26,252 bases of DNA from a virus (Duplodnaviria; Caudoviricetes). Made by a program: the position numbers and the translations under genes. The stretch's first letter is position 1. The number at the start of each line of letters is the position of its first letter. The notes under the pieces are model-generated. The model searched no databases, had not been told where the DNA came from, and saw only the letters and a program-made list of their open reading frames with translations. This document shows, piece by piece, positions 7,979 through 16,166 of the stretch. The stretch lies in IMG/VR virus record IMGVR_UViG_3300022862_000026, positions 1-26,252 of that record; one strand, written 5' to 3'.

Positions 7979-9283
7979 TTACTTTTCCGGCTGTTGGAGC
8001 CAGTTCATCAGTGCGGCCCGTGCGGCCTGGCTATCGTTTTGCTTGCCCAGCTGGTCAAGTGGCACCAGGTTGGATTGCACAGTCAGTACATCGCCACCCG
8101 GCATGCTCGGAAGATTTTCTTTCCGCCGGCCCTCGTTTCGGGTCATGTAGCCGTTCTGCCCCATCGTGCTGAGATAGGCCGCGCGACCGGTGCTGTCCGC
8201 GCGCAGGAACGCTTCAAGTGAGTACTCTGCGTAGAACTTGATCCGATCAACAGCCGTCATGCACCACTTGTTCACGCACTGCTCGATAGGCGCCGTGAAG
8301 GACATGATGCAGTAGGTGAGAAACGCGATCTGCTGCTGTTCCAGGCCCGTGCCCCAGTTGCTGCCCTTGTCGGTCTTCATCACCATCCAAGGTGGGACGC
8401 CGAACCAGCGGCAGATTTCCTCAATGCTGTGTCCTCTCGACTCCAGCAGCTGCGCATCAGCAGGGTTGATGCCGATCATTTCCGGCTTCACACCTTGCTC
8501 GAGCACAGGGCTCTTGCCGGCATTCAACGCCCCGGAGATCGTCTTGACGTACTCGCGGAACTCGACGCGCTGGGCCGGATTCAGCGTCTTGTCTACCGAA
8601 AACGCGACCGTCGGCATCATGCCGTTCCGGAAGGTGCTGTTGGCGGCGTCGTCAGCAGACATCGCAGAACCGAATACATCTGCGCCGTACCGAATAGCAG
8701 AAAGGCCGACTCGGCCGTCCAGGGTGAAGGCTGGGATGTGCAGCATGCCCTGCCGCTGGATCTCTCGGCGGGCTCCCTTTCGGGGTCTGAAGAAATACCT
8801 GAGCCGTCCATCGTCGTCGAATTCAAGATCGACTCTCGACGGCATCAGGAAGTCCAAGGCGATGACGCGCCCAGCAGAGCGATGGATCTCGCAGTAGGCG
8901 TTGCCCCACAACAGCATCGAGGCGACGACTGCCTGCCAGAAATGGAAGGCAGCCATATCTTCGTTGGGGCTGTTGTGCACAACGTCGTACAGCGGGAAAT
9001 CACGGGCGCTCTCTCGACTACCATCGGGCATCCGCCGGTAGATGCTCAACGGCAAGCCAGCTACCGAAGTCGAGATAATCCGAACGCATGCCCACACGGT
9101 GGACAATCGCATGGCCTTATCGACGCTGACTGACTTACCACTACTGGACTGGGCGCCGTTGAAGGCACTCCAGAAACCTCCATCCGACAGCTTGATGGTC
9201 TTGCCCAGCCATTCACTCATACTGGCTGAAGGCTTGGTGGCAGCAGCCCCCAAAGCCTGAGATAGGGTTTTAATCACTGACAA
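7979..9283 (-). CDS. Portal protein, HK97 family (start may be GTG 9277)
   Basis: VWACVRIIS, LLWGNAY, DAQLLESR, EEICRWFGVPP, TRNEGRRKENLP motifs. Confidence 0.97.
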   Translation of the reverse strand: MSVIKTLSQALGAAATKPSASMSEWLGKTIKLSDGGFWSAFNGAQSSSGKSVSVDKAMRLSTVWACVRIISTSVAGLPLSIYRRMPDGSRESARDFPLYDVVHNSPNEDMAAFHFWQAVVASMLLWGNAYCEIHRSAGRVIALDFLMPSRVDLEFDDDGRLRYFFRPRKGARREIQRQGMLHIPAFTLDGRVGLSAIRYGADVFGSAMSADDAANSTFRNGMMPTVAFSVDKTLNPAQRVEFREYVKTISGALNAGKSPVLEQGVKPEMIGINPADAQLLESRGHSIEEICRWFGVPPWMVMKTDKGSNWGTGLEQQQIAFLTYCIMSFTAPIEQCVNKWCMTAVDRIKFYAEYSLEAFLRADSTGRAAYLSTMGQNGYMTRNEGRRKENLPSMPGGDVLTVQSNLVPLDQLGKQNDSQAARAALMNWLQQPEK

Positions 9284-9431
9284 GCCCTCTGCGGATGAAG
9301 CCGGCGATGCAGAAGAAGCTCAGCGATCCAGCCAGCAAGGCCCAACCGGTACCAGCCAGCATCCAGACCCCGCCGCATGCCAAGCAAAAAGCGACCACTG
9401 CGCAGGCGATGAAAATATGAAATGCGTTCAT
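9270..9431 (-). CDS. Small two-TM membrane protein between TerL and portal (53 aa, not in ORF track)
   Basis: MNAFHIFIACAVVAFCLACGGVWMLAGTGWALLAGSLSFFCIAGFIRRGLVSD*; ATGA-coupled to terL. Confidence 0.75.
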   Translation of the reverse strand: MNAFHIFIACAVVAFCLACGGVWMLAGTGWALLAGSLSFFCIAGFIRRGLVSD

Positions 9432-11107
9432 GCGATCAGTGGATCCCGAATGCCTGCCATGAAATTGTCCATCCCGCCCCTGCCCTCTGGATTGAGGCTC
9501 AGCAGCGAAACGGCGTTGAATGTAGCCATCAGCGGGTCAATCTTTGCGGTGCCCGATGCTTGCTTGGTTATCAAGAAGGCGTTAGCCGAAGGCACGCCCT
9601 TGGCATTTCCGCAGGACCAGGCCATGAGCGGCTGACCACAATGGAGCAGCGAACCCTCGGCAAGCTTGCGTTCCGTCGTTTTGATTGCGCCGGTGAGTTT
9701 CCAGCCTTGAGAGATGCCCACGATCTTGTCCTCCTCGACGCCGGCATCCGCAAGCGCGTCGAGCACTGCGCCGATGCCGGCCGGGTCGAGGCCAACTTTG
9801 TCGAGTAGTCCGGTGCCATTGACGCGAGCTACGATGGCCGCAAATTGCTCAACGTCATCACCGATGCGTTCCACAATGGTGATGTCGCCAGCCTTTTCCA
9901 GGTCCCTCAAGCGTGGTGCTTCTGACTTGCGGCGCTCCAGAACCGAAGGGTGGGCCCAGGCGTGAGCCCAGTGGAACCACCTGCGAGTTCCCGCCTCCCG
10001 GCCCATCACGGCAAGACCGAGCAAGTCATCAAGCCCACCGCCGTCACCGCCAACATCAATGACCTCGCATCGCGTGAGGATTTCTTCGAGGCTTAGCCAC
10101 GCTGAAGCCTGCGCCTCCCAAAATTCCGCTCCGACCCACGCGTCGGACATCAGCGCCAGGCCGATCTCGATGTTGAGGTGCTTAGCCAGGAACCCACGTA
10201 ATTCAGCCTCACCGTCCAGCTCAGCCTGCATAAACAGGCGTTCAAGCGTAGGCCGGTCAACGGAGTAGTCGATGTTCGGATTGACCAGGTGGAAGTTCTC
10301 AGGCTTCCGCGCCTCGCCGCTCTTGATCATCTCTTGAGAGAACTCATAGATGATCGGCAGGAAGCGGTTGTCGTCGATCCGGCCATCACGCACGCCGCGT
10401 GCATAGTTGAGCTTGGAGCGGAACACACCCGCCGGCGGCTCATTCGACTGGGTCGTCAGCCAGATGATGAAGCCTTCGGGTCGCGACAGCAGACCGCCAG
10501 TGGCCTCGCGGATCATGTCAGCGGCTTTCGGGTTTTTGCCGAATAGCCAAGCTTCGTCGATGAGGACACCGACGGCTTTCTTGCCGCCCACCACATCGCT
10601 ATCCGCAGCCACCACCTTCAAGGTGGCACCGGTCTCGCGATGGGTGATCAACCGCAGGTGCGGCTGAACATGCAGCAACGCTTTCAGCTCGTCGTCATTG
10701 TTGACCATGTCTTTGGCCGGGATGAACGAGTTGTCGGCAATCTCCTTGGTCGGCGCCAGGATGATGAACTCAGCCGAAAGACGCCAGTTGCGGATCAGTG
10801 CGGTCAGCATAATCCCTGCAGCAATCGTAGATTTACTGTTTTTCTTCGGGATGCAGAGCATCACTTCGCGGATCAGACGCTCGCCAGTCTCGCTGTTGTA
10901 GCTGCCGAAGATGGCCCCGGCGAACGCCAAGACCCAGGGTGCGCAGGCAGCCTCAATGGTGGGGCTGCCCGGGGCATCGACGATCTTCAGCCCCTTGAAC
11001 ACATCGAGGCCGGCTTCAGCTTCGTCTGGAAACAGCGGCTCGGGGATGATTGATTCGCCCGCAGCAAGGCACCTCCACCAATCCGGGCAGGCTGTTGTCC
11101 ATTGCAT
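9428..11107 (-). CDS. terL: Terminase large subunit
   Basis: Walker A IPKKNSKST, Walker B VLIDEAW, nuclease motifs GGDGGGLDDL and KIDPLMA. Confidence 0.96.
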   Translation of the reverse strand: MQWTTACPDWWRCLAAGESIIPEPLFPDEAEAGLDVFKGLKIVDAPGSPTIEAACAPWVLAFAGAIFGSYNSETGERLIREVMLCIPKKNSKSTIAAGIMLTALIRNWRLSAEFIILAPTKEIADNSFIPAKDMVNNDDELKALLHVQPHLRLITHRETGATLKVVAADSDVVGGKKAVGVLIDEAWLFGKNPKAADMIREATGGLLSRPEGFIIWLTTQSNEPPAGVFRSKLNYARGVRDGRIDDNRFLPIIYEFSQEMIKSGEARKPENFHLVNPNIDYSVDRPTLERLFMQAELDGEAELRGFLAKHLNIEIGLALMSDAWVGAEFWEAQASAWLSLEEILTRCEVIDVGGDGGGLDDLLGLAVMGREAGTRRWFHWAHAWAHPSVLERRKSEAPRLRDLEKAGDITIVERIGDDVEQFAAIVARVNGTGLLDKVGLDPAGIGAVLDALADAGVEEDKIVGISQGWKLTGAIKTTERKLAEGSLLHCGQPLMAWSCGNAKGVPSANAFLITKQASGTAKIDPLMATFNAVSLLSLNPEGRGGMDNFMAGIRDPLIA

Positions 11108-11110
11108 AGG

Positions 11111-11587
11111 TCAGTTCTTCACTACGGAGAGAGGCGGCTTGCCCTGGGAGTACTTGCCTTTACCGACCTGCTTGGCGGCCTCGGCCTTCTGCTCTTTCTT
11201 GCCCTGGTCGGCGACCTTGCCGTGCACATAAGGCATTAACGTCTTGGCCGCTTCCAGCCGCATGCGCATGTCGGCGCCTTCTGCGTTCATCAGTTCAGTG
11301 AGGAAGGCTCGCGGGTCGTCGGTCTCGGTTAACGACAGCTCATCGGCGTGCTGCTCCTGAGGTTGTTCGGCTTTAACTTTTCGAGAGGGTTTAACCTCAG
11401 AACTGGAGGCCTGCTTTTGCTTCAAGCGGCGCCCGACTTCGGCAAGTACATCGGGCTCCTTCGCAAGCTTGGAGCCCGCCTGCGACGCGGTCTTCTCCGA
11501 ATATCCTGCGGCGATCGCCGCCTCGCGATTTGTGGCACCCGACAGCAAAGCGTCAACAAACCGCCGCTTCTTGTCGGTTAAAGCCAT
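11111..11587 (-). CDS. terS: Terminase small subunit
   Basis: LTDKKRRFV...AAIAAGYSEKTASQAGSKL HTH; directly upstream of terL. Confidence 0.92.
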   Translation of the reverse strand: MALTDKKRRFVDALLSGATNREAAIAAGYSEKTASQAGSKLAKEPDVLAEVGRRLKQKQASSSEVKPSRKVKAEQPQEQHADELSLTETDDPRAFLTELMNAEGADMRMRLEAAKTLMPYVHGKVADQGKKEQKAEAAKQVGKGKYSQGKPPLSVVKN

Positions 11588-11599
11588 GGTTAACTTTTC

Positions 11600-11685
11600 C
11601 TGAAACGGGAAAAAATGTGTACGTGGGGTCGGAGGCGGTCTAGCTAGATGAGAATCCCTAGCTTTTGCCCCACCTACCCTTTTCG
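11600..11685. other. Probable cos/packaging site region
   Basis: Non-coding HNH-terS interval, the cos position in HK97-like phages; the exact cut site cannot be determined. Confidence 0.4.
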
Positions 11686-11746
11686 TGGCACACCATTGAC
11701 GTGCCTCTAGTTCCTGTCAGCCGACTCACGACGATCTGGTGACGCC

Positions 11747-12085
11747 TCAGCCGCCTAGACCCGCGGCCTCCTCCGCCTGCTTGACGGAGTCGTGGCAGGG
11801 CTTGCAGAGGCTCTGCCAATTGGTCTGGTCCCAGAAGAGAACCATGTCACCCCGGTGAGCAAAGATGTGGTCGACTACCCGTGCTGCAGTTGTGCGACCG
11901 TTCCGCTCACAGAAGACGCAGAGTGGATTGTCATTTAGGTACTGTTCTCGAGCCTTCTGCCATCGGTAGTCATAACCACGCTGAGAGCTGGTCATGCCGC
12001 CCCGCCAGCTGCCTGGCGTGACCGTCTTGACTCGCGAGCCTACGCTCTCCTTGATGCGAGAGCCAAGCGTCTTGAGCCTGGCCAT
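11747..12085 (-). CDS. Terminase-associated HNH endonuclease (HK97 gp74-like)
   Basis: RGYDYRWQKAR, PLCVFC, VDHI, NWQSLCKPCH motifs. Confidence 0.94.
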   Translation of the reverse strand: MARLKTLGSRIKESVGSRVKTVTPGSWRGGMTSSQRGYDYRWQKAREQYLNDNPLCVFCERNGRTTAARVVDHIFAHRGDMVLFWDQTNWQSLCKPCHDSVKQAEEAAGLGG

Positions 12086-12279
12086 CAGTCTTTCGCCTCG
12101 CTGATCAGACGCACGATGTCATCAGCCCGCTGCTTAACCTCCAGCACCTGACCATCGAACGTGCGAACGATTGCACAGATGCCGTGCCACTGACTGCTGG
12201 TGCAGGCTTCGTCAACACGAGCAATTGCCGCGGGAGTCAGATAACGCTTTAAGCCGTTGCTGTCGGTCAATGTGATCAT
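12085..12279 (-). CDS. Hypothetical protein (64 aa, MITLTDSNG...)
   Basis: ATG just after the holin stop; TGATG coupling to HNH; globular composition. Confidence 0.7.
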   Translation of the reverse strand: MITLTDSNGLKRYLTPAAIARVDEACTSSQWHGICAIVRTFDGQVLEVKQRADDIVRLISEAKD

Positions 12280-12283
12280 CGGG

Positions 12284-12607
12284 TCACCCTTGCGCTTTGC
12301 GAGACAGGAACAGGTCGGAGTAGCCGCGAAGCTTCTCCACGCCCATGAAGCCGACGGCGCCTCCGGCGAAGGTAGCCATGCCTTGCGGCAAGCCCATCCA
12401 TTCGAGCAAGGGCACCAAGGCCAAAGTAATGAGGCCGCAGAGGGCGCCCTCCAAGAGCATCTGTCGGCGGGTACCGCCGCCATACACCACCCGCAGGGCG
12501 GCGATCGCGACCGACAGGCCTGCGGCATACAGCTGAGGCTGGTGAGCCAGCACCCAGGCAAGCACAGCGGCCCACAGGCCAGGATCCTTCTCGGGCATGT
12601 TTGGCAT
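12284..12607 (-). CDS. Holin, lambda S family (107 aa; second Met gives 104 aa)
   Basis: MPNMPEKDP start, three hydrophobic segments, GGAVGFMGVEKLR motif, basic C-terminus; GGAGG RBS. Confidence 0.92.
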   Translation of the reverse strand: MPNMPEKDPGLWAAVLAWVLAHQPQLYAAGLSVAIAALRVVYGGGTRRQMLLEGALCGLITLALVPLLEWMGLPQGMATFAGGAVGFMGVEKLRGYSDLFLSRKAQG

Positions 12608-12643
12608 CTCGATTCCTCCCGTTGCGGGGAGCGGATAGGAGAA

Positions 12644-12664
12644 GGCCCGCTTCATCAGCGGGCC
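12644..12664 (-). terminator. Putative terminator after the beta-helix gene
   Basis: GGCCCGCT-N5-AGCGGGCC perfect 8-bp stem followed by TTCTCCT (weak U tract). Confidence 0.55.
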
Positions 12665-12676
12665 CAGTGACTCAGA

Positions 12677-14509
12677 CTAAAAGTTGGTAGGTGCCCAAGT
12701 ACCAGGCGTGCCTGCTGCGGTACAAGTCAGCTCACGCACCGAACCTGCTGCTCCTGTAGGAGTGCTGTTTTTGATGCGATCTCCTCGCTTGTATGTGCCG
12801 ACTGTCGGAGCAACGCCAGTCCCCCAGAAATCCGCAGGCTCCCAGCTGTTTTCGCTGGACAGGTTGCGCGAAGTACCTACCGAGAGATACGGGGTAGTGA
12901 CGCCAGCTCCCACGATGTTGCCATGAATCCGGTTCAGTGCACCCGCTGCGTACAAGCCTCGACTACTACCCGAAACTTCCGAAACAGTATTGTCGACTAA
13001 CACAATTTCTTGTGCTGGTGCGGTGTTTGCAAAAATGCCGTAGTTCACTGTGTTTTTAGTGACGCAACGGGACACATGCACCTTACCGGTACACGAGGAG
13101 ATGTTGATACCTTCACCACCACAAGCCTCGACATTTGCGGTGATAGTGACGTCAGTGCAGCCGGTAACGTGTACACCGACACGGCCGCAGTTCTTGATTC
13201 TAGCCTTGGCGATGGTCAAGTCCTGAATGCTGATGCATGACATGCCGTATTCATCGCTCTTGTCGGAGTAGACGGCCTCTACTGTACAAACCTCGATGTT
13301 ACGAAGACGCACGACACCGGTGAGGTTAACACCGACGTTTGCCTGGTTATCTTGGCCTTTCGAGTTGGTACAGTGCACGGATTCGATAGTCGCCATGGGA
13401 ACTGACTCGGTCGGGGTAGAGCCGGTCACTTCGATCACTGGAATGTTGCAATCAATAGTTCGTATCTGCCCAATCGATACGGTACAGCGGACTGGCCCAG
13501 TAGACGATGGCGAAATGTTGATGCCACCAACGCAGTTTTCGAAACGACCCTTGACCGCAGTGAATTCCTTCAGCGAGGACTTGCCACGCAACGGAATGCT
13601 GTAGCAATCGATTGCACGAATATCTTCAACGAAGAGGTTCTCTCCGTTGCCGTAAACATCGATGCAGCCAATACCATTTAGTGCGGTTGTCCAGCTACCG
13701 TTCCACCCCGGCCCACCGCGCCCCATGCGGCGCAAGTTAGTCCTACCGGTCAAGGTAATGGAACACTGGCCGGAAGTAAGTGGATCCCGCCCGACGTATG
13801 TGCCAAGAATCGCAGTTACCGAATACTTCCCTGTGCTAATTGGCTTTTCGAAGTCGGCCCAGAAGTTATGGCAACTCAATTGCACGTAGTCAGCACACAA
13901 AATGTAGTTCGGCGAATACCCCAGTGCAGTTTGCGTGTTTGGATCATCGCGGCCGGTACCGTAGCGTGTCGAGTGGAAGAAGCAATCAATGACTGAAACC
14001 AAGGTATTGAACTGGCGAACCGAGTCGGTACCTCGCAAGCACAGGTAGCCTGAAGTACCATTGCGGAAGGTGCCACCCGAAATTTTGAGCTTAGTGTCAT
14101 CTTGCGAGTCTGAAGACTTAGGCATGCACTTTACAAAGAAACCTGTAGGTTCCTTCTTGACCATGGAGGCTTCGTTGCCATCGTAGGTCCATTGCCCTAA
14201 GAACTCGACATTAAGACCTGGGGCGCCCAATTCAAAAACGGCGGAGCCGTTCGACCAATAGGATGTACCCTCGCCATCGAAGTTGGCCAATCGCTGGATG
14301 ACCGTTCCTACTTGGAAATGAATGCGGCAATTGGCGAGAATCTGCACAGAGCTAATGATGTACGTCTGGTTGCCAGTGAATTCAATTTCACCACCGACAC
14401 GTACAGCCTCGGCTACAGCCGGGGTCCAGTTCCAAGTACTAGGGTCTGAGACGTTCGGCTTTGACGTGACGAGGTGGGCGTAATCCCAGATATTGATCGA
14501 ATTGCTCAT
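12677..14509 (-). CDS. Right-handed parallel beta-helix protein (tailspike/polysaccharide depolymerase-like), 610 aa
   Basis: PbH1-type repeats (LTIAKARIKNCGRVGVHVTGCTDVTITANVEACGGEGINI); pectate-lyase-3-like cap (WTPAVAEAV..GGEIEF...TYII); C-terminal APTVGTYKRGD...CTAAGTPGTW; GAGGAG RBS; no signal peptide; lower GC than flanks. Confidence 0.85.
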   Translation of the reverse strand: MSNSINIWDYAHLVTSKPNVSDPSTWNWTPAVAEAVRVGGEIEFTGNQTYIISSVQILANCRIHFQVGTVIQRLANFDGEGTSYWSNGSAVFELGAPGLNVEFLGQWTYDGNEASMVKKEPTGFFVKCMPKSSDSQDDTKLKISGGTFRNGTSGYLCLRGTDSVRQFNTLVSVIDCFFHSTRYGTGRDDPNTQTALGYSPNYILCADYVQLSCHNFWADFEKPISTGKYSVTAILGTYVGRDPLTSGQCSITLTGRTNLRRMGRGGPGWNGSWTTALNGIGCIDVYGNGENLFVEDIRAIDCYSIPLRGKSSLKEFTAVKGRFENCVGGINISPSSTGPVRCTVSIGQIRTIDCNIPVIEVTGSTPTESVPMATIESVHCTNSKGQDNQANVGVNLTGVVRLRNIEVCTVEAVYSDKSDEYGMSCISIQDLTIAKARIKNCGRVGVHVTGCTDVTITANVEACGGEGINISSCTGKVHVSRCVTKNTVNYGIFANTAPAQEIVLVDNTVSEVSGSSRGLYAAGALNRIHGNIVGAGVTTPYLSVGTSRNLSSENSWEPADFWGTGVAPTVGTYKRGDRIKNSTPTGAAGSVRELTCTAAGTPGTWAPTNF

Positions 14510-14870
14510 GGTAACTCCTCATGGTAGCCGAGCCGAGTCCCTGCCCAGCCCGGCGAATTGGAAATAGTACTAGGGAATACTTACTATCAACACTGATAAA
14601 AGCGTTGATGCCAATCGCACTCTAGGATCAGATAAACCTGAACACTACTGAGTGCTGCGAGTTTCGCGATGCATAACAAGACATGAAAAGATTTTGATCG
14701 GATTTACCGTACCGACCCTCAGATTATCCATGTAAGAGATAGCACCTGAAGGTTTTTAGTTAGCTTGAGGGACTAAGAGGTAAGAGATCTTGTTCAGAAA
14801 GTCTGAGTAAGTGCGTTAACACTGATCTTTTGGAATTGTCCAACTAAGCCAGTGGCGAGCGAACTCCAGA

Positions 14871-14905
14871 AACGAAAAAGCCCAGCGCAATGGCCGGGCT
14901 TTCGT
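14871..14905 (-). terminator. tR'-like intrinsic terminator downstream of the late promoter
   Basis: Minus strand AAAGCCCGGC-cattgc-GCTGGGCTTTTTCGTT. Confidence 0.85.
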
Positions 14906-14948
14906 AGTCCCACTCCTAAGCAACGCGCAGGAATGACAGGATGGGGAA

Positions 14949-14978
14949 ATAATCGGCCACGCGGCCACTTGGTGTCAA
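14949..14978 (-). promoter_or_regulatory. Late promoter pR'
   Basis: TTGACA-N18-GATTAT; the -35 overlaps the stop codon of the Q-like gene; terminator follows about 45 nt later. Confidence 0.75.
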
Positions 14979-15553
14979 GCAGCATTTTCCATCGACAGGC
15001 CTTCGTGGCTCAGAATGCCTCTCGCCTCCTCCAGAGCCTCGTGGGCCATTTGCTCCAGCACGCCTTCGATACTCTTCCTCCACCGGCGACGGGTACGCTC
15101 AGGCCGAGCGTCCGGGTCCCAACGGTTGATATCGTAGAATTGAGCCGGCAACACGATCATGTCGCTCGACCGCTTTCCCTCGGCGCCCTTTATCTTCGGG
15201 ATCGCCCAAGCCGTCACGGCGCTGGTGATGAACAGCTTCGGAGCATGGGACGCAACCATTGGGATCAGTCGGCTAATCGACTGAACCTTTCGGCCCTTAT
15301 GAGTACTGAACCTGGCCACCAGCACATCCCAGTGGCGTGGCTTAAGCTGGCTGTGCAGACGAGCGAACACCCAGCAGTCAGCATCCATCCGGCTGATCTC
15401 GCCTCGCACTACCGATCTGCTCAAGGTAGCCATGTCGTGGCCGTCTTCGCTGCCGGGCTCGTATAACTTCTGCCAGGCCTGCTTGCTCGTGTTGTCGATC
15501 GCTTCTGCAGCCAGGGCCGAGACGACCGCCGCGAGAATGCTGCTGTAAATCAT
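14975..15553 (-). CDS. Putative late antiterminator (Q-like), 192 aa
   Basis: Last gene of the nin region, immediately before a promoter/terminator pair; basic C-terminal HTH-like ERTRRRWRKSI; assignment mainly positional. Confidence 0.65.
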   Translation of the reverse strand: MIYSSILAAVVSALAAEAIDNTSKQAWQKLYEPGSEDGHDMATLSRSVVRGEISRMDADCWVFARLHSQLKPRHWDVLVARFSTHKGRKVQSISRLIPMVASHAPKLFITSAVTAWAIPKIKGAEGKRSSDMIVLPAQFYDINRWDPDARPERTRRRWRKSIEGVLEQMAHEALEEARGILSHEGLSMENAA

Positions 15554-15564
15554 GTCCTTCCCCC

Positions 15565-15879
15565 TCAATCCCCGGTGTAGTTGCTGCCGCCGGCGCCGCG
15601 CCGGTTGCTTCCGTGATATGTCGCCTCAGGCCCGGATGCCTGAGGGTTCTTCAACTGCTCGATCTGCCGTGTCGCGGCCTGAAGCTTCAGGCTGAGCTGG
15701 GTCACCAGTTCATCTAGGGCCAGGGCCTTCCCAGTTGCAGCCTCTACCCAGCCGGAGCCGTTGCAGTGACCGCAGGGCATCTCGTAGAACATGCTCTTTG
15801 TGACCGCTCTCCCACGACACAAAGGGCACTTGTCCAGCTCGATCACGGCCTTCTTGAAGGCTGGGCCGTGCTTCTTCAT
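15565..15879 (-). CDS. Zinc-finger protein (CxxCxG...CxxCxGxG), 104 aa
   Basis: CPLCRG and CGHCNGSG, followed by a coiled coil; coupled to the upstream gene. Confidence 0.8.
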   Translation of the reverse strand: MKKHGPAFKKAVIELDKCPLCRGRAVTKSMFYEMPCGHCNGSGWVEAATGKALALDELVTQLSLKLQAATRQIEQLKNPQASGPEATYHGSNRRGAGGSNYTGD

Positions 15880-16166
15880 CAGCCGACCACCTTCAGGCCC
15901 TGGGCCCGCAGCGACTTCTCGGCCACCTCTCGCGCCCAAGCCGCGTCCGGATCGCCCATCTGAACGGGGAACGGATTGGTGACGCGCAGCGCTTCACGGG
16001 ATGCCCACCAGCCCTCCCGGCGGGCCTGAAAGACCGCTTCCTCGGCAGCCATCCAGCAGCCCTTGCAGGTCAAGACGTAATCGCCAACCGCCGGGTCCCA
16101 TTTGATGCCATCCGGGACCGGGAAGCGGCGCTCGAACTCGGCGCGGATTTTGTCGTCGTTCTTCAT
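15879..16166 (-). CDS. Hypothetical phage protein (nin region)
   Basis: RAEFE...WWASR motif pattern common in small phage proteins; coupled on both sides. Confidence 0.75.
   Translation of the reverse strand: MKNDDKIRAEFERRFPVPDGIKWDPAVGDYVLTCKGCWMAAEEAVFQARREGWWASREALRVTNPFPVQMGDPDAAWAREVAEKSLRAQGLKVVG

Noticed and set aside
10820-10860. TerL Walker A reads NSKST instead of NGKST, suggesting inactivation
   Set aside because: The catalytic Lys-Ser-Thr and the other motifs are intact; most likely a subfamily variant.
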